Below are positions 29,206 through 39,142 of a stretch of DNA of 64,000 nt, piece by piece. Made by a program: the position numbers and the translations under genes. A model generated the notes under the pieces. It was not told where the DNA came from. It did no database searches and saw only the letters and a program-made list of their open reading frames with translations. Numbering within the stretch: the first letter of the stretch is position 1; the number at the start of each line of letters is the position of its first letter. The DNA comes from Gemmatimonadaceae bacterium (GTDB lineage Bacteria > Gemmatimonadota > Gemmatimonadetes > Gemmatimonadales > Gemmatimonadaceae): NCBI GenBank assembly GCA_045803545.1, contig JBJMOW010000005.1, forward strand, positions 128,001-192,000, read 5' to 3'.

Positions 29206-30021
29206 TTAGAAGCTGTGAGCCGCGTCGGGGTAAGCGCCGCTTCGGACGTCGCTCGCCCACGCGCCGACGGCTGCGCGAACATCCTGAGCCATCTCGGCGT
29301 AGCGCTTCAGGAATTTCGGATTGAATTCGTCGTTGAGTCCCAGCACATCGGGAAGGACGAGTACCTGGCCGTCACAGTCAGCACCCGCGCCGATTCCAAT
29401 CGTCGGAATACCGACTGCCTGGGTTATGCGGGCGGAAACGGTCGCCGGCACGAGCTCCAGCACAACCGCGAAAGCGCCCGCCTGTTCCAGCCCTTTGGCT
29501 TCGGTGATCAGGCGCTCAGCGTCCTCTGCTTCGCGTCCCTGCACTCTCGCGCCGCCGATGGTGTTCACTGATTGAGGGGTGAAGCCAATGTGGGCCATCA
29601 CCGGAATGCCAGTGCGGACCAATGCATGAACAGTGTCGAGCATTTCCGGGCTCCCGCCCTCGACCTTCACCGCTGCCACGCCCGTCTCCTGAATTGCGCG
29701 CCCGCAATTCAGGACCGCGCTCTCGATGCTCGCCTGATATGAGAGAAATGGCATGTCGATGATCACGAGCGCGCGCTTCACACCGCGCTTCACCGCCGCG
29801 GCGTGATAAATCATGTGATCGAGCGTGACCGGCAGCGTCGACGAGTAACCCATAATCGCGGTGCCAAGCGAGTCGCCGACGAGAATGGCATCTACGCCGG
29901 ACTCGTCGACCAGTCGGCCGAACAGCGCGTCGTAGGCCGTCATCAACACGATTTTTTCGCCCTTTCGCTTTCGCTCCGCAATGTCGCGAACAGTGACCGG
30001 ACGCTCTTTGGCTTTATCCAA
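29206..30021 (-). CDS. panB: 3-methyl-2-oxobutanoate hydroxymethyltransferase
   Basis: TAYD, LVGDSL, KVEGG, HIGFTPQ, IGIGAG..CDGQVLV. Confidence 0.98.
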   Translation of the reverse strand: MDKAKERPVTVRDIAERKRKGEKIVLMTAYDALFGRLVDESGVDAILVGDSLGTAIMGYSSTLPVTLDHMIYHAAAVKRGVKRALVIIDMPFLSYQASIESAVLNCGRAIQETGVAAVKVEGGSPEMLDTVHALVRTGIPVMAHIGFTPQSVNTIGGARVQGREAEDAERLITEAKGLEQAGAFAVVLELVPATVSARITQAVGIPTIGIGAGADCDGQVLVLPDVLGLNDEFNPKFLKRYAEMAQDVRAAVGAWASDVRSGAYPDAAHSF

Positions 30022-30430
30022 CCCGTGCGCTCCTCAGTTCAATGAGCTCGCGAAGCCAGAACGGCCTGTTCGAAAGCTCACGATGCGGGACAGCGAGATC
30101 GGAATCACTGACGCTTTGTTTTTCGAACAGAACGATGTCCAGATCGAGAGTACGCGGACCCCACCGGCGGTCTCTGACGCGGCCGGCCTCCTGCTCGATT
30201 CGCATCAACTCTCCCAGCAATTCGTGGGGGGAGAGCTCGGTCTCGATCGCGATCATCTGATTCAGAAAGGGTCCCTGCTGCACGGGTCCGATTGGCGCAG
30301 TCTCCTCAACCCCGGTCTCGCCAACGAGGCGGGTCTTCGGCAATTCGGAGATCGAGCGACGGGCTTGCGCCAAAAATACCTCGCGCTCGCCGAGGTTGGA
30401 GCCCAGAGCTACGTAAGCGACATCCTTCAC
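30014..30430 (-). CDS. folK: 6-hydroxymethyl-7,8-dihydropterin pyrophosphokinase
   Basis: YVALGSNLG, FLN, RWGPRTLDLDI, PH. GTG at 30430. Confidence 0.96.
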   Translation of the reverse strand: MKDVAYVALGSNLGEREVFLAQARRSISELPKTRLVGETGVEETAPIGPVQQGPFLNQMIAIETELSPHELLGELMRIEQEAGRVRDRRWGPRTLDLDIVLFEKQSVSDSDLAVPHRELSNRPFWLRELIELRSARVG

Positions 30431-30795
30431 GCCCGCTCGCGCTCGAGGGCGACCTCCGCGTATGAGAGTGGTCCGGGCAGCGCCACGTTCGGTTTTCTGA
30501 TCGCGATGCGCACGCGTTCGACGAGCGGCAGCTCCAGCGCTTTGCGGGCAATGCGTTCGCCCGCCTCCTCGAGAAAAGCGGTGTGTCCCTGAGTCACCAC
30601 CTCGGCGACGAGATCGTAGACGCGCCGGTAGTCGACGATGTCCTTGGCGGTTGGTCGCGCGCCGCTCCGACGAACCCATAGCGAAGCATCCACTTCGATC
30701 GACTGGGCAATCTCGGCCTCGTGGGGGAGCACGCCGATACGAGCGTGAAAGCGCATGCCCTTGAGCGTGACAACGTCGGTCTCACTAACGGCCAT
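30427..30795 (-). CDS. folB: Dihydroneopterin aldolase
   Basis: GMRFHARIGVLPHE..Q, VDY, LE, RKP. ATG at 30795. Confidence 0.93.
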   Translation of the reverse strand: MAVSETDVVTLKGMRFHARIGVLPHEAEIAQSIEVDASLWVRRSGARPTAKDIVDYRRVYDLVAEVVTQGHTAFLEEAGERIARKALELPLVERVRIAIRKPNVALPGPLSYAEVALERERA

Positions 30796-31585
30796 CGAGA
30801 CCCTCGCGGAGACTGCGCGTAAGCGCAAGGACTTCACTGGAACCGTTCTCGGCAGCACGCACCAGAGCACTGCCGACGACGACACCGTCGGCAAGCTGGC
30901 CGACACTGCGCGCCTGTGCCGGCGTCGAGATACCGAAACCGACGCAAATCGGAAGATCCGTTGCGGAACGCAATCGCTGAATCGTCTCGGGAAGAGTTGG
31001 GTCTGTGGTGTCCCGAACGCCAGTGACACCGAGCCGGCTGATAAGATAAACGAATCCGCTTCCGTGGCGCGCGATCTCCGCCATGCGGTCGCGCGGCGTG
31101 GTCGGCGCAACCAATCGGATGAAGTCGAGCGGGCTGTCGGAGAGCCATTCCTCTCGTTCGGCGTCTGCCCCAACGGGAATGTCGGTGATGAGAATTCCGC
31201 TCGCTCCCGCGTCGGCTGCGCGGGTAAGAGCATCGTCGCCAGCCGCAAGCACCGGGTTCAGATAGGTGAAGATCACGACCGGGATCTCGAGCGATGCGCG
31301 CTCGATCAATTCGAGCACGCCATCGTAGTTCATCCCCTGCTTTAGCGCGGCGTACGAGCTCGCCTGGATCACCGGTCCGTCGGCGATCGGATCGGAGAAC
31401 GGAACACCCAGCTCGATGATGTCGGCGCCGCCATCCTCCAGAGCGTGCAATGTCTTGAGAGAGCGCGCGAGGTCGGGATGCCCTGCCGTGACGTAGCAGA
31501 CCAGAGCGCGCCGCGATTTTTTCTTGAGCGCGTCGAATCGACGCGCGATCGAGCTAGATGAGGTAGTCGCCTGGGGTGACGCCAT
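30785..31585 (-). CDS. trpA: Tryptophan synthase alpha chain
   Basis: ELGVPFSDPIADGPVIQ, GVTG, GFGIS, DGVVVGSA. Confidence 0.98.
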   Translation of the reverse strand: MASPQATTSSSSIARRFDALKKKSRRALVCYVTAGHPDLARSLKTLHALEDGGADIIELGVPFSDPIADGPVIQASSYAALKQGMNYDGVLELIERASLEIPVVIFTYLNPVLAAGDDALTRAADAGASGILITDIPVGADAEREEWLSDSPLDFIRLVAPTTPRDRMAEIARHGSGFVYLISRLGVTGVRDTTDPTLPETIQRLRSATDLPICVGFGISTPAQARSVGQLADGVVVGSALVRAAENGSSEVLALTRSLREGLDGR

Positions 31586-33020
31586 ATCGGTCGGGGTCAG
31601 CCGTTTTGATGATCGTCCGCGCATATTGTCCTCCCGCTTCCGGAACGGCGAGGTCCACTTGTAAGGGCGGACTTATGGTATTCCCCTGTGCATCACTAAT
31701 GATCTTGATTATCGGCCGCGAGAGCAGCTCCGGATTCTGGCTCGCGGCCGACACTACAGCCAACTCGAATGTATCGAGCACCACAAGGGTGCCGACCGGA
31801 TAAATGCCAAGCAGGTTGATGAACGCCTTCACCAGAACCTGATCGAGTCCGCGACGCGGGTTGTCGCGCATCTCCTCCAACACCGCCGAGGGAGCGAGGG
31901 CTTCGGTCCGATAGACGCGCCTGGTGGTTGCTGCATCGTAACCGTCGGCGATCGAAACGATCTTGCTCAACAAACTCATTTGCCGCGGCCGAATGCACTT
32001 TGGATAACCGGTCAGGTCGATTTTCATGTGATGCTCCTGACAGACGGTCATCGCGCGATAAGATAGCTCGTCCTGCTGGCGGCGGAACTGGAAGAGCACC
32101 AGCACGCCGAGCCACGGGTGGGAGGCCATCCACTTCCACTCCTCTTCGGTCAGCTCGCCGTTTTTCTGAAGCATATCCAGCGGGACCCGCGACTTGCCGA
32201 TGTCATGCATCAACGCGGCGAGGCCCAGCTCATATAACTGCAGCTTCGTCATACCGAGGCGGCGGCCCAGGGCGACCGAGAAGATGCAGACGTTCACGGA
32301 ATGCGTGAAGGTGTACTCGTCATAATCGCGGATAGCGGTGAGGCCGATGAGCGACGTCTCCTCGTTGAGGACCTGATCGACGATACCCTGCACGACGCGC
32401 TTGATCTTCCGGATATTCGGCGTTCTGCCAATGCGGACCGAGTTGATGACATCCTTGGTTACCGCGACCGACTGCGAGTAAGTGCGATTGGCAGCGGCCT
32501 TCGCCTCCTCGTTGAACTCTTTGTCGGTGGCAGTCTCGGCCGGCGCCTCGAGCTGGAATGTCTCGATCTTCGCTTCCTTGAGCCTGGAGACGATCTCCTT
32601 GAAGCGGTCGCCGGGCGCGCTCTTCGTTTCCGCTCCGAGCAGCGAGAGGAGCAACGTCCAATCGCGAGGGCCTCCTTTGACGCCGACCTGAATGGTGCCG
32701 ATACCGGCGAGCTTCATCAGCGTGAGGATGTGACCGAAGGTCGCGTAGTTGCTGAGATCCAAACGCAAACGCGTCTCGTTCAGGAAGATGAACTCGCCCG
32801 AGATCCGGAACTCGAGCTCACCCTCTTCGGCGCGCAATTCCTCCGCCACCTGCGCCAGCTCGCTAAGCGCCTTTTGCACGGCGCTGTGCTCGAGTGGATA
32901 AAGCTTGATCGCCCGCAACGCGGCGTAAAACGCGATCATGAAATTTCTGCCGCCGCGACGGATGGCGGCGCCCGACTGTTTCTCCTCCGTCGGCCGAGTC
33001 TTCGTTGCCGGCGCTGTCAC
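31554..33020 (-). CDS. HD-GYP domain protein (putative c-di-GMP phosphodiesterase) with C-terminal PilZ-adjacent-type extension unassigned
   Basis: DEYTFTHSVNV, HDIGK, HP, HHMKIDLTGYP, ADGYDA, RVYR. Confidence 0.9.
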   Translation of the reverse strand: MTAPATKTRPTEEKQSGAAIRRGGRNFMIAFYAALRAIKLYPLEHSAVQKALSELAQVAEELRAEEGELEFRISGEFIFLNETRLRLDLSNYATFGHILTLMKLAGIGTIQVGVKGGPRDWTLLLSLLGAETKSAPGDRFKEIVSRLKEAKIETFQLEAPAETATDKEFNEEAKAAANRTYSQSVAVTKDVINSVRIGRTPNIRKIKRVVQGIVDQVLNEETSLIGLTAIRDYDEYTFTHSVNVCIFSVALGRRLGMTKLQLYELGLAALMHDIGKSRVPLDMLQKNGELTEEEWKWMASHPWLGVLVLFQFRRQQDELSYRAMTVCQEHHMKIDLTGYPKCIRPRQMSLLSKIVSIADGYDAATTRRVYRTEALAPSAVLEEMRDNPRRGLDQVLVKAFINLLGIYPVGTLVVLDTFELAVVSAASQNPELLSRPIIKIISDAQGNTISPPLQVDLAVPEAGGQYARTIIKTADPDRYGVTPGDYLI

Positions 33021-34720
33021 GCGACTGCTCCGCTGCGAATTGCCTTGCTGACAGCATTCCTCACCATCACGTCTTTCTCGCTCGCCGCCTTGCGCAGCGA
33101 CTCACTCGCCTTCGGCGTGTTGATCTTGCCAAGAGCCATTGCCGCGCACGCGCGAATTTCGGAGTCGTCCTTCTTGCCCATGAATCCCTTAGCGTTGAGG
33201 ATGCCATCGAGCAGCACGACGCCGGCGTCCCCGCAAAGGAGACCGTACGCCTCGAAGTAAGCCATCTTCTCGCCGAGGTTGCTCTCCCGGAGATCCTTGC
33301 CCTTGATCGCTACCTCGATTTTCGGCAACGCAGCACGCGCGTTCTTGGCGCCGAGAGTTTTGACGGCGACGATGCGAACCTCACGATCCTCGTCAGTGAG
33401 CGCGCGCTCCAGCATTTGCAGCGCACCCGGCGAGCCGATGTCGGCGAGCGCCGTTACGGCGGCAACGCGTAGATCCGTTTCGCCAACCGTGAGCATCTTT
33501 CCGAGAGCGGGGACTGCGGCCGGCGATTTGAGTGCAGCGGCTCGGCGAATCGCTTCGAGTACGACCGCTTCGTCGTCCGAACCGATCAGGCGAATGAGCT
33601 CCTGGCTGTTGCTGCCGGCGAGGCGGGTCGCGGCACCTTCGAGGAGCATCTTGAGCTGCGGATTGGTGCTCTTGCCGATCCAGCTCAGAATCGTTTCGAG
33701 TGCACGCGGCTGCAGGATTCCAAACAGGTCGTCCAGCTCGTGCTGCGGCGCACGAAGGGGCGAATCTTCGAGAGCCTGGAGGAGCTGGCCGAGGGGCTTT
33801 GGATCGCTCATCAGCTCATTGAGCTGAAGCAGGCGTTGCTTCTGTGGCTCGAGGATGTCCGGCAAACGGGTCGCGGTCGTACCCGCTTCGCGCAGCAAGT
33901 ATGCTGCGTTTCGATACTGCGCGGTCGAAAGCAGGATCAGCAGGAAGTAGTCGAGCAGTCCGCAAATCTCTTCCCGGACCGTCGGATCTTTCTGGTTTTC
34001 GAAGGTGTCGAGCAGCGACGCGATCACCGCTGGACGCAGATCCGTGGAAAATTCGCGCTTGATCTCCTGTTGCAGGTACTCGACCTCACGGTCGTCGAGG
34101 AAATACAGCGTGGAGTCGAAATCGTCCATCGTCGCGATCGACGACTTTGTTGACTCCAGTCCCGCTTCGGCCTGGGCCGGTGACAGGATCTTCTCTTTCT
34201 GCTCCTGGCGCTCCATCGACTCTACACCGGGACCGCCTTCCTGGGTGAGATCGACGTAGCGGTACTGCAGGGTCGCGAATTCGCGCTCCCACATCAGGGT
34301 CAGCAGGTCGTCGTCATCATCGCTCGCCTTGCGGACGCGCTGAAGGAGGCCGAAGAAAGTCGAAAGCTCTTCGAGCTCGAAACCCTTGAGCATCGTCAGC
34401 TCGCGGATGCCGTCCTTGTAGAGCAGCCACGCGACATTGTCGCTGGTGCGCTCGCCTTCGTCGAGGACGACGCGGCCTTCCCATTCGAGTCGGGTTTCGA
34501 TCACCTGCAACACCAGGTCGTCGGTGTGCTGCCAGAGCGTATTGAACGCTTCGCGCACGGCGTCGATCGACCGTGCGTGCATTGGGTTGTTGGGCAGGTA
34601 CATCTGGGTTGCGCGGAACGCCTTCACGAACGACTTCAGCAGGTCCGTGACGTAGACAACCGGGAACGACGGCTCCTCGAGCGCGTGTGCGTCGGGTTTT
34701 TGAGTCGCCGATGTTGTCAT
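33017..34720 (-). CDS. HEAT-repeat protein
   Basis: Repeats [13 protein letters not shown] / [10 protein letters not shown] / [12 protein letters not shown] / VRNAVSKA. Confidence 0.88.
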   Translation of the reverse strand: MTTSATQKPDAHALEEPSFPVVYVTDLLKSFVKAFRATQMYLPNNPMHARSIDAVREAFNTLWQHTDDLVLQVIETRLEWEGRVVLDEGERTSDNVAWLLYKDGIRELTMLKGFELEELSTFFGLLQRVRKASDDDDDLLTLMWEREFATLQYRYVDLTQEGGPGVESMERQEQKEKILSPAQAEAGLESTKSSIATMDDFDSTLYFLDDREVEYLQQEIKREFSTDLRPAVIASLLDTFENQKDPTVREEICGLLDYFLLILLSTAQYRNAAYLLREAGTTATRLPDILEPQKQRLLQLNELMSDPKPLGQLLQALEDSPLRAPQHELDDLFGILQPRALETILSWIGKSTNPQLKMLLEGAATRLAGSNSQELIRLIGSDDEAVVLEAIRRAAALKSPAAVPALGKMLTVGETDLRVAAVTALADIGSPGALQMLERALTDEDREVRIVAVKTLGAKNARAALPKIEVAIKGKDLRESNLGEKMAYFEAYGLLCGDAGVVLLDGILNAKGFMGKKDDSEIRACAAMALGKINTPKASESLRKAASEKDVMVRNAVSKAIRSGAVA

Positions 34721-35901
34721 GCCGGGAGAAGTCCCATCTCTGTGATTTGCGCGAGGTCTTTGTCGCCCCGTCCGCTAATGCAGATCAGGACTGCGTCGCC
34801 CTTTTTCCAACGGCCCTTCTCATTGACGACCCAGGCGACGGCGTGTGACGTCTCCAGCGCTGGGATTATGCCCTCGAGACGACTCAGAATACCCAGGCCC
34901 TCGACCGCCTCGTCGTCAGTCACGGATACGTAGGTAGCCCTGCCCGTTTCCTTGAGATAAGAGTGCTCAGGTCCGACACCCGGGTAATCGAGTCCGGCCG
35001 AGATCGAATGAGCGGGATGGACCTGTCCGCTTTCGTCCTGGAGCAGATAACTGAGAGCTCCGTGAAGAACACCGGGAACCCCCTTCTGCAGCGACGCGGC
35101 GTGCTCGCCCGTTTCGAGTCCCTTGCCTGCCGCCTCGACCCCGATCAGCTCGACCGAGCGCTCGCCGATGAAGGGATGAAAAATGCCCATCGCGTTGGAG
35201 CCGCCGCCGACGCAGGCAACGACCGCGCTCGGGAGCCGACCAGCCTGCTCCTGCATCTGGGATTTCGCCTCGCGACCAATCACCGCCTGGAAGTCACGCA
35301 CCATTCGCGGATACGGCGCGGGGCCCACCACCGAGCCGATGATGTAATAGCTGTCGTTGACATTGGTCACCCAATCCCGGATCGCTTCGCTCGTCGCATC
35401 CTTCAGCGTCCGCGTCCCCGAAAGGACCGGAACTACCTTAGCCCCCATCAATCGCATGCGGTAGACGTTGAGCGCCTGCCGCCGCATGTCTTCTTCGCCC
35501 ATGTACACCGTACAATCGAGGCCAAACCGCGCACACACAGTTGCGGTCGCGACGCCGTGCTGCCCGGCGCCGGTCTCGGCGATGATGCGACGCTTGCCCA
35601 TGCGCTGGGCGAGCAGCGCCTGGCCAATGGCATTGTTGATCTTGTGCGCACCAGTGTGATTGAGATCTTCGCGTTTCAGATACACTGGGCAGCCGACTGC
35701 CTCGGAGAATCGGGGCGCGGAGCTTAGTGGAGATGGTCGGCCGACGTACTCCTTTAGCAGCCGGTCGAGATCGCGCCGGAAATCCGGATCGCGCGTCGCC
35801 TCGCCGAAAGCAGCATCGAGCTCGTCGAGCGCGGGAATGAGGGTCTCGGGCACGTAGCGCCCTCCGAACGCACCGAACCGGTGGACAGTATCTGTCGCCA
35901 T
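34717..35901 (-). CDS. trpB: Tryptophan synthase beta chain
   Basis: [40 protein letters not shown]. Confidence 0.99.
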   Translation of the reverse strand: MATDTVHRFGAFGGRYVPETLIPALDELDAAFGEATRDPDFRRDLDRLLKEYVGRPSPLSSAPRFSEAVGCPVYLKREDLNHTGAHKINNAIGQALLAQRMGKRRIIAETGAGQHGVATATVCARFGLDCTVYMGEEDMRRQALNVYRMRLMGAKVVPVLSGTRTLKDATSEAIRDWVTNVNDSYYIIGSVVGPAPYPRMVRDFQAVIGREAKSQMQEQAGRLPSAVVACVGGGSNAMGIFHPFIGERSVELIGVEAAGKGLETGEHAASLQKGVPGVLHGALSYLLQDESGQVHPAHSISAGLDYPGVGPEHSYLKETGRATYVSVTDDEAVEGLGILSRLEGIIPALETSHAVAWVVNEKGRWKKGDAVLICISGRGDKDLAQITEMGLLPA

Positions 35902-35902
35902 C

Positions 35903-36553
35903 TTACGCGGTTGGGTGACCGACGGCAGCGTCGAAAAACTCCCGCATCAGCCACGGGTCTTTGATACCCGGGGCGCTCTCTACACCTGAGGAAACATCAA
36001 CCACGTCGGGGGCCAGAATGCGTATCGCCGCGCTCACGTTCGCGGGGTTCAGTCCGCCAGCGAGAATGACCTCCGCGCTGCCGCGGTCCCGCGCCAGATC
36101 CACTGCCAAGGCGTTCCACGGGAGCGGCACGCCGGTGCCACCGAGTCTCTCTTTCGAATGGGCGTCGAGAAGCACGCCATCAGCGGTGTCGAACAGCTCG
36201 TCGAATTCGTGCGGAATGCTCGATCCGGGAATTCGAATCACCGCCCAGACTTCGCCGTCGAATCGGTCACGCAGCGCTTCCACCGCCGACGAGCCGGGAT
36301 CGGCGTGAAGTTGCACGACATGAAGCCCCAACTCTTCCGCGATCTCCGCGATTTCGTCGGGATCGTGGGTTCCAAAGACTCCTACGTGCCTGATTGATGG
36401 TCCGGCGGCATCGAGAATCTCACGTGCCTGGTCGACAGAAACCTTACGCGGGCCGTTCGCGAAAATCACTCCTACATAACTTGCCCCAATCTCTGCGGCG
36501 AGCGCCGCATCCTGCGGCCTGGTCATCCCGCAGAACTTAACCTTTGCCAGCAC
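35903..36553 (-). CDS. trpF: Phosphoribosylanthranilate isomerase
   Basis: [29 protein letters not shown] at 36553 after GGAG. Confidence 0.95.
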   Translation of the reverse strand: MLAKVKFCGMTRPQDAALAAEIGASYVGVIFANGPRKVSVDQAREILDAAGPSIRHVGVFGTHDPDEIAEIAEELGLHVVQLHADPGSSAVEALRDRFDGEVWAVIRIPGSSIPHEFDELFDTADGVLLDAHSKERLGGTGVPLPWNALAVDLARDRGSAEVILAGGLNPANVSAAIRILAPDVVDVSSGVESAPGIKDPWLMREFFDAAVGHPTA

Positions 36554-37400
36554 GACCACTCCGCTTGACTGCGCCCAGCGAGCGAACCGCGGCGTCCGGA
36601 TTGGCCGAAGCGGACAGCTCCGATCCAACCAGTACAGCGTCGGCGCCCGCGATCGCGACCGCTTTCACATCGTCGACGCTCTTTATTCCGCTTTCCGCAA
36701 TTGCGATGACGCTCGCTGGAATAAGCGGAAGCAAACGGGGAGCGGTCGTCGGATCGATCTCGAGCGTCTCGAGATCGCGATTGTTGATACCAATGACTTC
36801 GGCGCCAATTGCGAGCGCGAGCTGCAATTCGTTTTCATCGCGAACTTCGACCAACAGCTCCAGTCCCAGCGAACGCCCGACATCCATCAGCTCGCGAAGG
36901 CGCGCGGGGTCAACCGCCCGGACGATCACCAGCGCAGCAGAAGCGCCGAGCGCCCTGGCTTCGACCAGCTGCAGTGGATCAACGTGAAAGTCTTTCTTGA
37001 GGAGCGGTAAAGACGTCGATGATCGTGCTGCGGTCAGGTCGTCGTTCGATCCACTGAATCGAGTCGGCTCCGTAAGGATCGAGATAGCGGCAGCGCCACC
37101 CCGTTCGTAAGCGATGACCTGATCTTCAACCGTGAGCCCGGGATTGATCGAGCCCTTTGATGGCGACGACCTTTTTATCTCCGCGATCACGGCCACGTGT
37201 TGGCGTCGCAAAGCCGTGCCGAACTTTGGCGCGGTACCTACTGCCTCCGCCAACCGCTGCAACTCCGTAGCGCGTGCCTTCAAGGTTGCCGCGCGGCGTT
37301 GTGCCTCGTCCGTCAACGAGCCCAAGACACCAGTCGGCGGTGCCCAGGCCGAAAAAGCTTGCGCTTCGGTCGATCTTCGGCTAACGTAGGAATTCGGCAA
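36537..37400 (-). CDS. trpC: Indole-3-glycerol phosphate synthase (start uncertain)
   Basis: IAEIKRSSPSKG, SILTE, KDF, GINNRDL, AESGI, LVG. Confidence 0.97.
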   Translation of the reverse strand: MPNSYVSRRSTEAQAFSAWAPPTGVLGSLTDEAQRRAATLKARATELQRLAEAVGTAPKFGTALRRQHVAVIAEIKRSSPSKGSINPGLTVEDQVIAYERGGAAAISILTEPTRFSGSNDDLTAARSSTSLPLLKKDFHVDPLQLVEARALGASAALVIVRAVDPARLRELMDVGRSLGLELLVEVRDENELQLALAIGAEVIGINNRDLETLEIDPTTAPRLLPLIPASVIAIAESGIKSVDDVKAVAIAGADAVLVGSELSASANPDAAVRSLGAVKRSGRAGKG

Positions 37401-37408
37401 ATGTTCGG
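37364..37408. promoter_or_regulatory. Candidate LexA operators: two NTTCGG-N5-NTTCGG direct-repeat pairs
   Basis: CTTCGG at 37364 and 37375, ATTCGG at 37392, GTTCGG at 37403. 11-bp period within each pair, just upstream of lexA. Confidence 0.55.
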
Positions 37409-37460
37409 TGGATCGGCAGGTTGGGTCCGCTTTTAAAAAAACCAGCCGCGGAAAAGGATA

Positions 37461-38069
37461 ATGTCGCTAACAAAACGCCAGCGGGAGATTCTCACTTACC
37501 TCGAGAACTACACCGAAGAGCACGGCTACGCGCCGAGCTTCGAGGAGATCGCAACGCAGTTTAACTATAACTCGCTTGCGACGGTGCACGAGCACCTCAC
37601 CAATCTCGAGCGCAAGGGCTACATCAAGCGCGCGTACAACGAGAGTCGCGGCATCGAGCTGCTTCCCTCCGAAGTCTTTCCTCGCGCTACCACTTTGCAG
37701 CTACTCGGTACTGTGGCGGCGGGCATGCCGATCGAAGCGATCCAGGCGCCCGAGACCATCGGCGTTCCTCAGGACCTCATCAGGCGCGGTGGCAACCACT
37801 ACGTCTTACGGGTTCGCGGAAACTCGATGATTGACGAACAGATCCGCGATGGCGATTTCGTAATCGTCAACGAAAAGCGGTCAGCCGACAACGGCGAGAT
37901 GGTCATCGCTTTGATCGACGGAACATCGGCGACGGTGAAGAAGTTTTACCGCGAGCGCGACGGCCGTATTCGCCTGCAGCCCGCGAACGACACGATGGAT
38001 CCAATCTTCGTCCACGAGAACGACGTGACCATCCAGGGCATCGTCGTCGGAGTTCTGAGAAGGTTCTAG
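37461..38069 (+). CDS. lexA: SOS repressor LexA
   Basis: LTKRQREIL wHTH, Ala-Gly cleavage site (VAAGMP), catalytic GNSM and TVKK. Confidence 0.98.
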   Translation: MSLTKRQREILTYLENYTEEHGYAPSFEEIATQFNYNSLATVHEHLTNLERKGYIKRAYNESRGIELLPSEVFPRATTLQLLGTVAAGMPIEAIQAPETIGVPQDLIRRGGNHYVLRVRGNSMIDEQIRDGDFVIVNEKRSADNGEMVIALIDGTSATVKKFYRERDGRIRLQPANDTMDPIFVHENDVTIQGIVVGVLRRF

Positions 38070-38080
38070 AAGTAGATCTT

Positions 38081-39136
38081 CTAAGCTGTTGTCAAGGCGG
38101 GCTTTCCGTAAGCCCGCCTCATGCTATCTAGAACCCTTGTCGCCGCGCCGGAGGCGATCGCTTTTTCTGCCGCCGACACTCCATCTTCAAACGAGCGCAC
38201 CCGGCCACTGACGTAAATCGCGGCTGCCGCGTTGAGCACGGTTGCAGCCCGTGCGCCCTTGGGTCCACCACCGCCCAGAATCTTTTCGATCAGCCGAGCG
38301 TTCTCTGCGGGTTCACTGCCCGCCAAATCCTCGCGGCTCACCTTCTTGTAGCCGTGCTCTTCGGGATGAATCGTCCAGCGGTTGGTTGTCCCGTTGAGAA
38401 CTTCCACGACGTGTGTGGGACCGAGCGGAGATACCTCGTCCAGACCTGGCTCACCGTAGACCACCAGCGCGTGAACACTGCCGAGCACCGACAAGGCGCC
38501 GGCCAGCACGGGAGCCCGCTCCAGGTCGGCGACACCGACCACCTGCCTGCCCGCCCGCGCCGGGTTCGCTAGAGGCCCAACAACGTTCATCACCGTCGGA
38601 ATGCCGAGCTCTCGGCGGATCGGTCCGACGTGGCGCATTGCGGGATGCATCAGCGGCGCAAACATGAACACGATTCCCGTGTCGCGGAGTGCTTTCTCCA
38701 TCGTCGCCAGAGGAACGTCGATCGGCACTCCCAGCGCCTCGAGTACGTCGGCGCTACCGCAGCGCGTCGTAAATGACCGGTTGCCATGCTTCGCCACCCG
38801 GACACCGGTCCCGGCGGCGACAATGGCCGCAGCGGTCGAGATGTTAAACGTCGTCACCGTTCCACCGCCGGTGCCGCAGGTGTCCACCAACTGATCGGGG
38901 TCGTCCGCGACCAGAGTAACCATGGCGGACCTGAGCGCCCGCACCACTCCGGCGACGACCTCGGGGCCCTCCCCAGCGGTGCGCAACGCGGAGAGCAGCG
39001 CCGCGATCTGAACCGCCGAGGCTTCGCCCCGCATCACAACATCGAACGCGTGCTCGGCCTCTTGTCCCGACAGAGGCTCGTGAAACGCAAGCTTGTGAAT
39101 GGCGCTCTGCAGCGCGTTTGGTGCAGTGACGCTCAT
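38081..39136 (-). CDS. trpD: Anthranilate phosphoribosyltransferase
   Basis: DTCGTGG, NIST, KHGNRS, GSADVLE, GLDE. Confidence 0.98.
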   Translation of the reverse strand: MSVTAPNALQSAIHKLAFHEPLSGQEAEHAFDVVMRGEASAVQIAALLSALRTAGEGPEVVAGVVRALRSAMVTLVADDPDQLVDTCGTGGGTVTTFNISTAAAIVAAGTGVRVAKHGNRSFTTRCGSADVLEALGVPIDVPLATMEKALRDTGIVFMFAPLMHPAMRHVGPIRRELGIPTVMNVVGPLANPARAGRQVVGVADLERAPVLAGALSVLGSVHALVVYGEPGLDEVSPLGPTHVVEVLNGTTNRWTIHPEEHGYKKVSREDLAGSEPAENARLIEKILGGGGPKGARAATVLNAAAAIYVSGRVRSFEDGVSAAEKAIASGAATRVLDSMRRAYGKPALTTA

Positions 39137-39142
39137 GACTTC

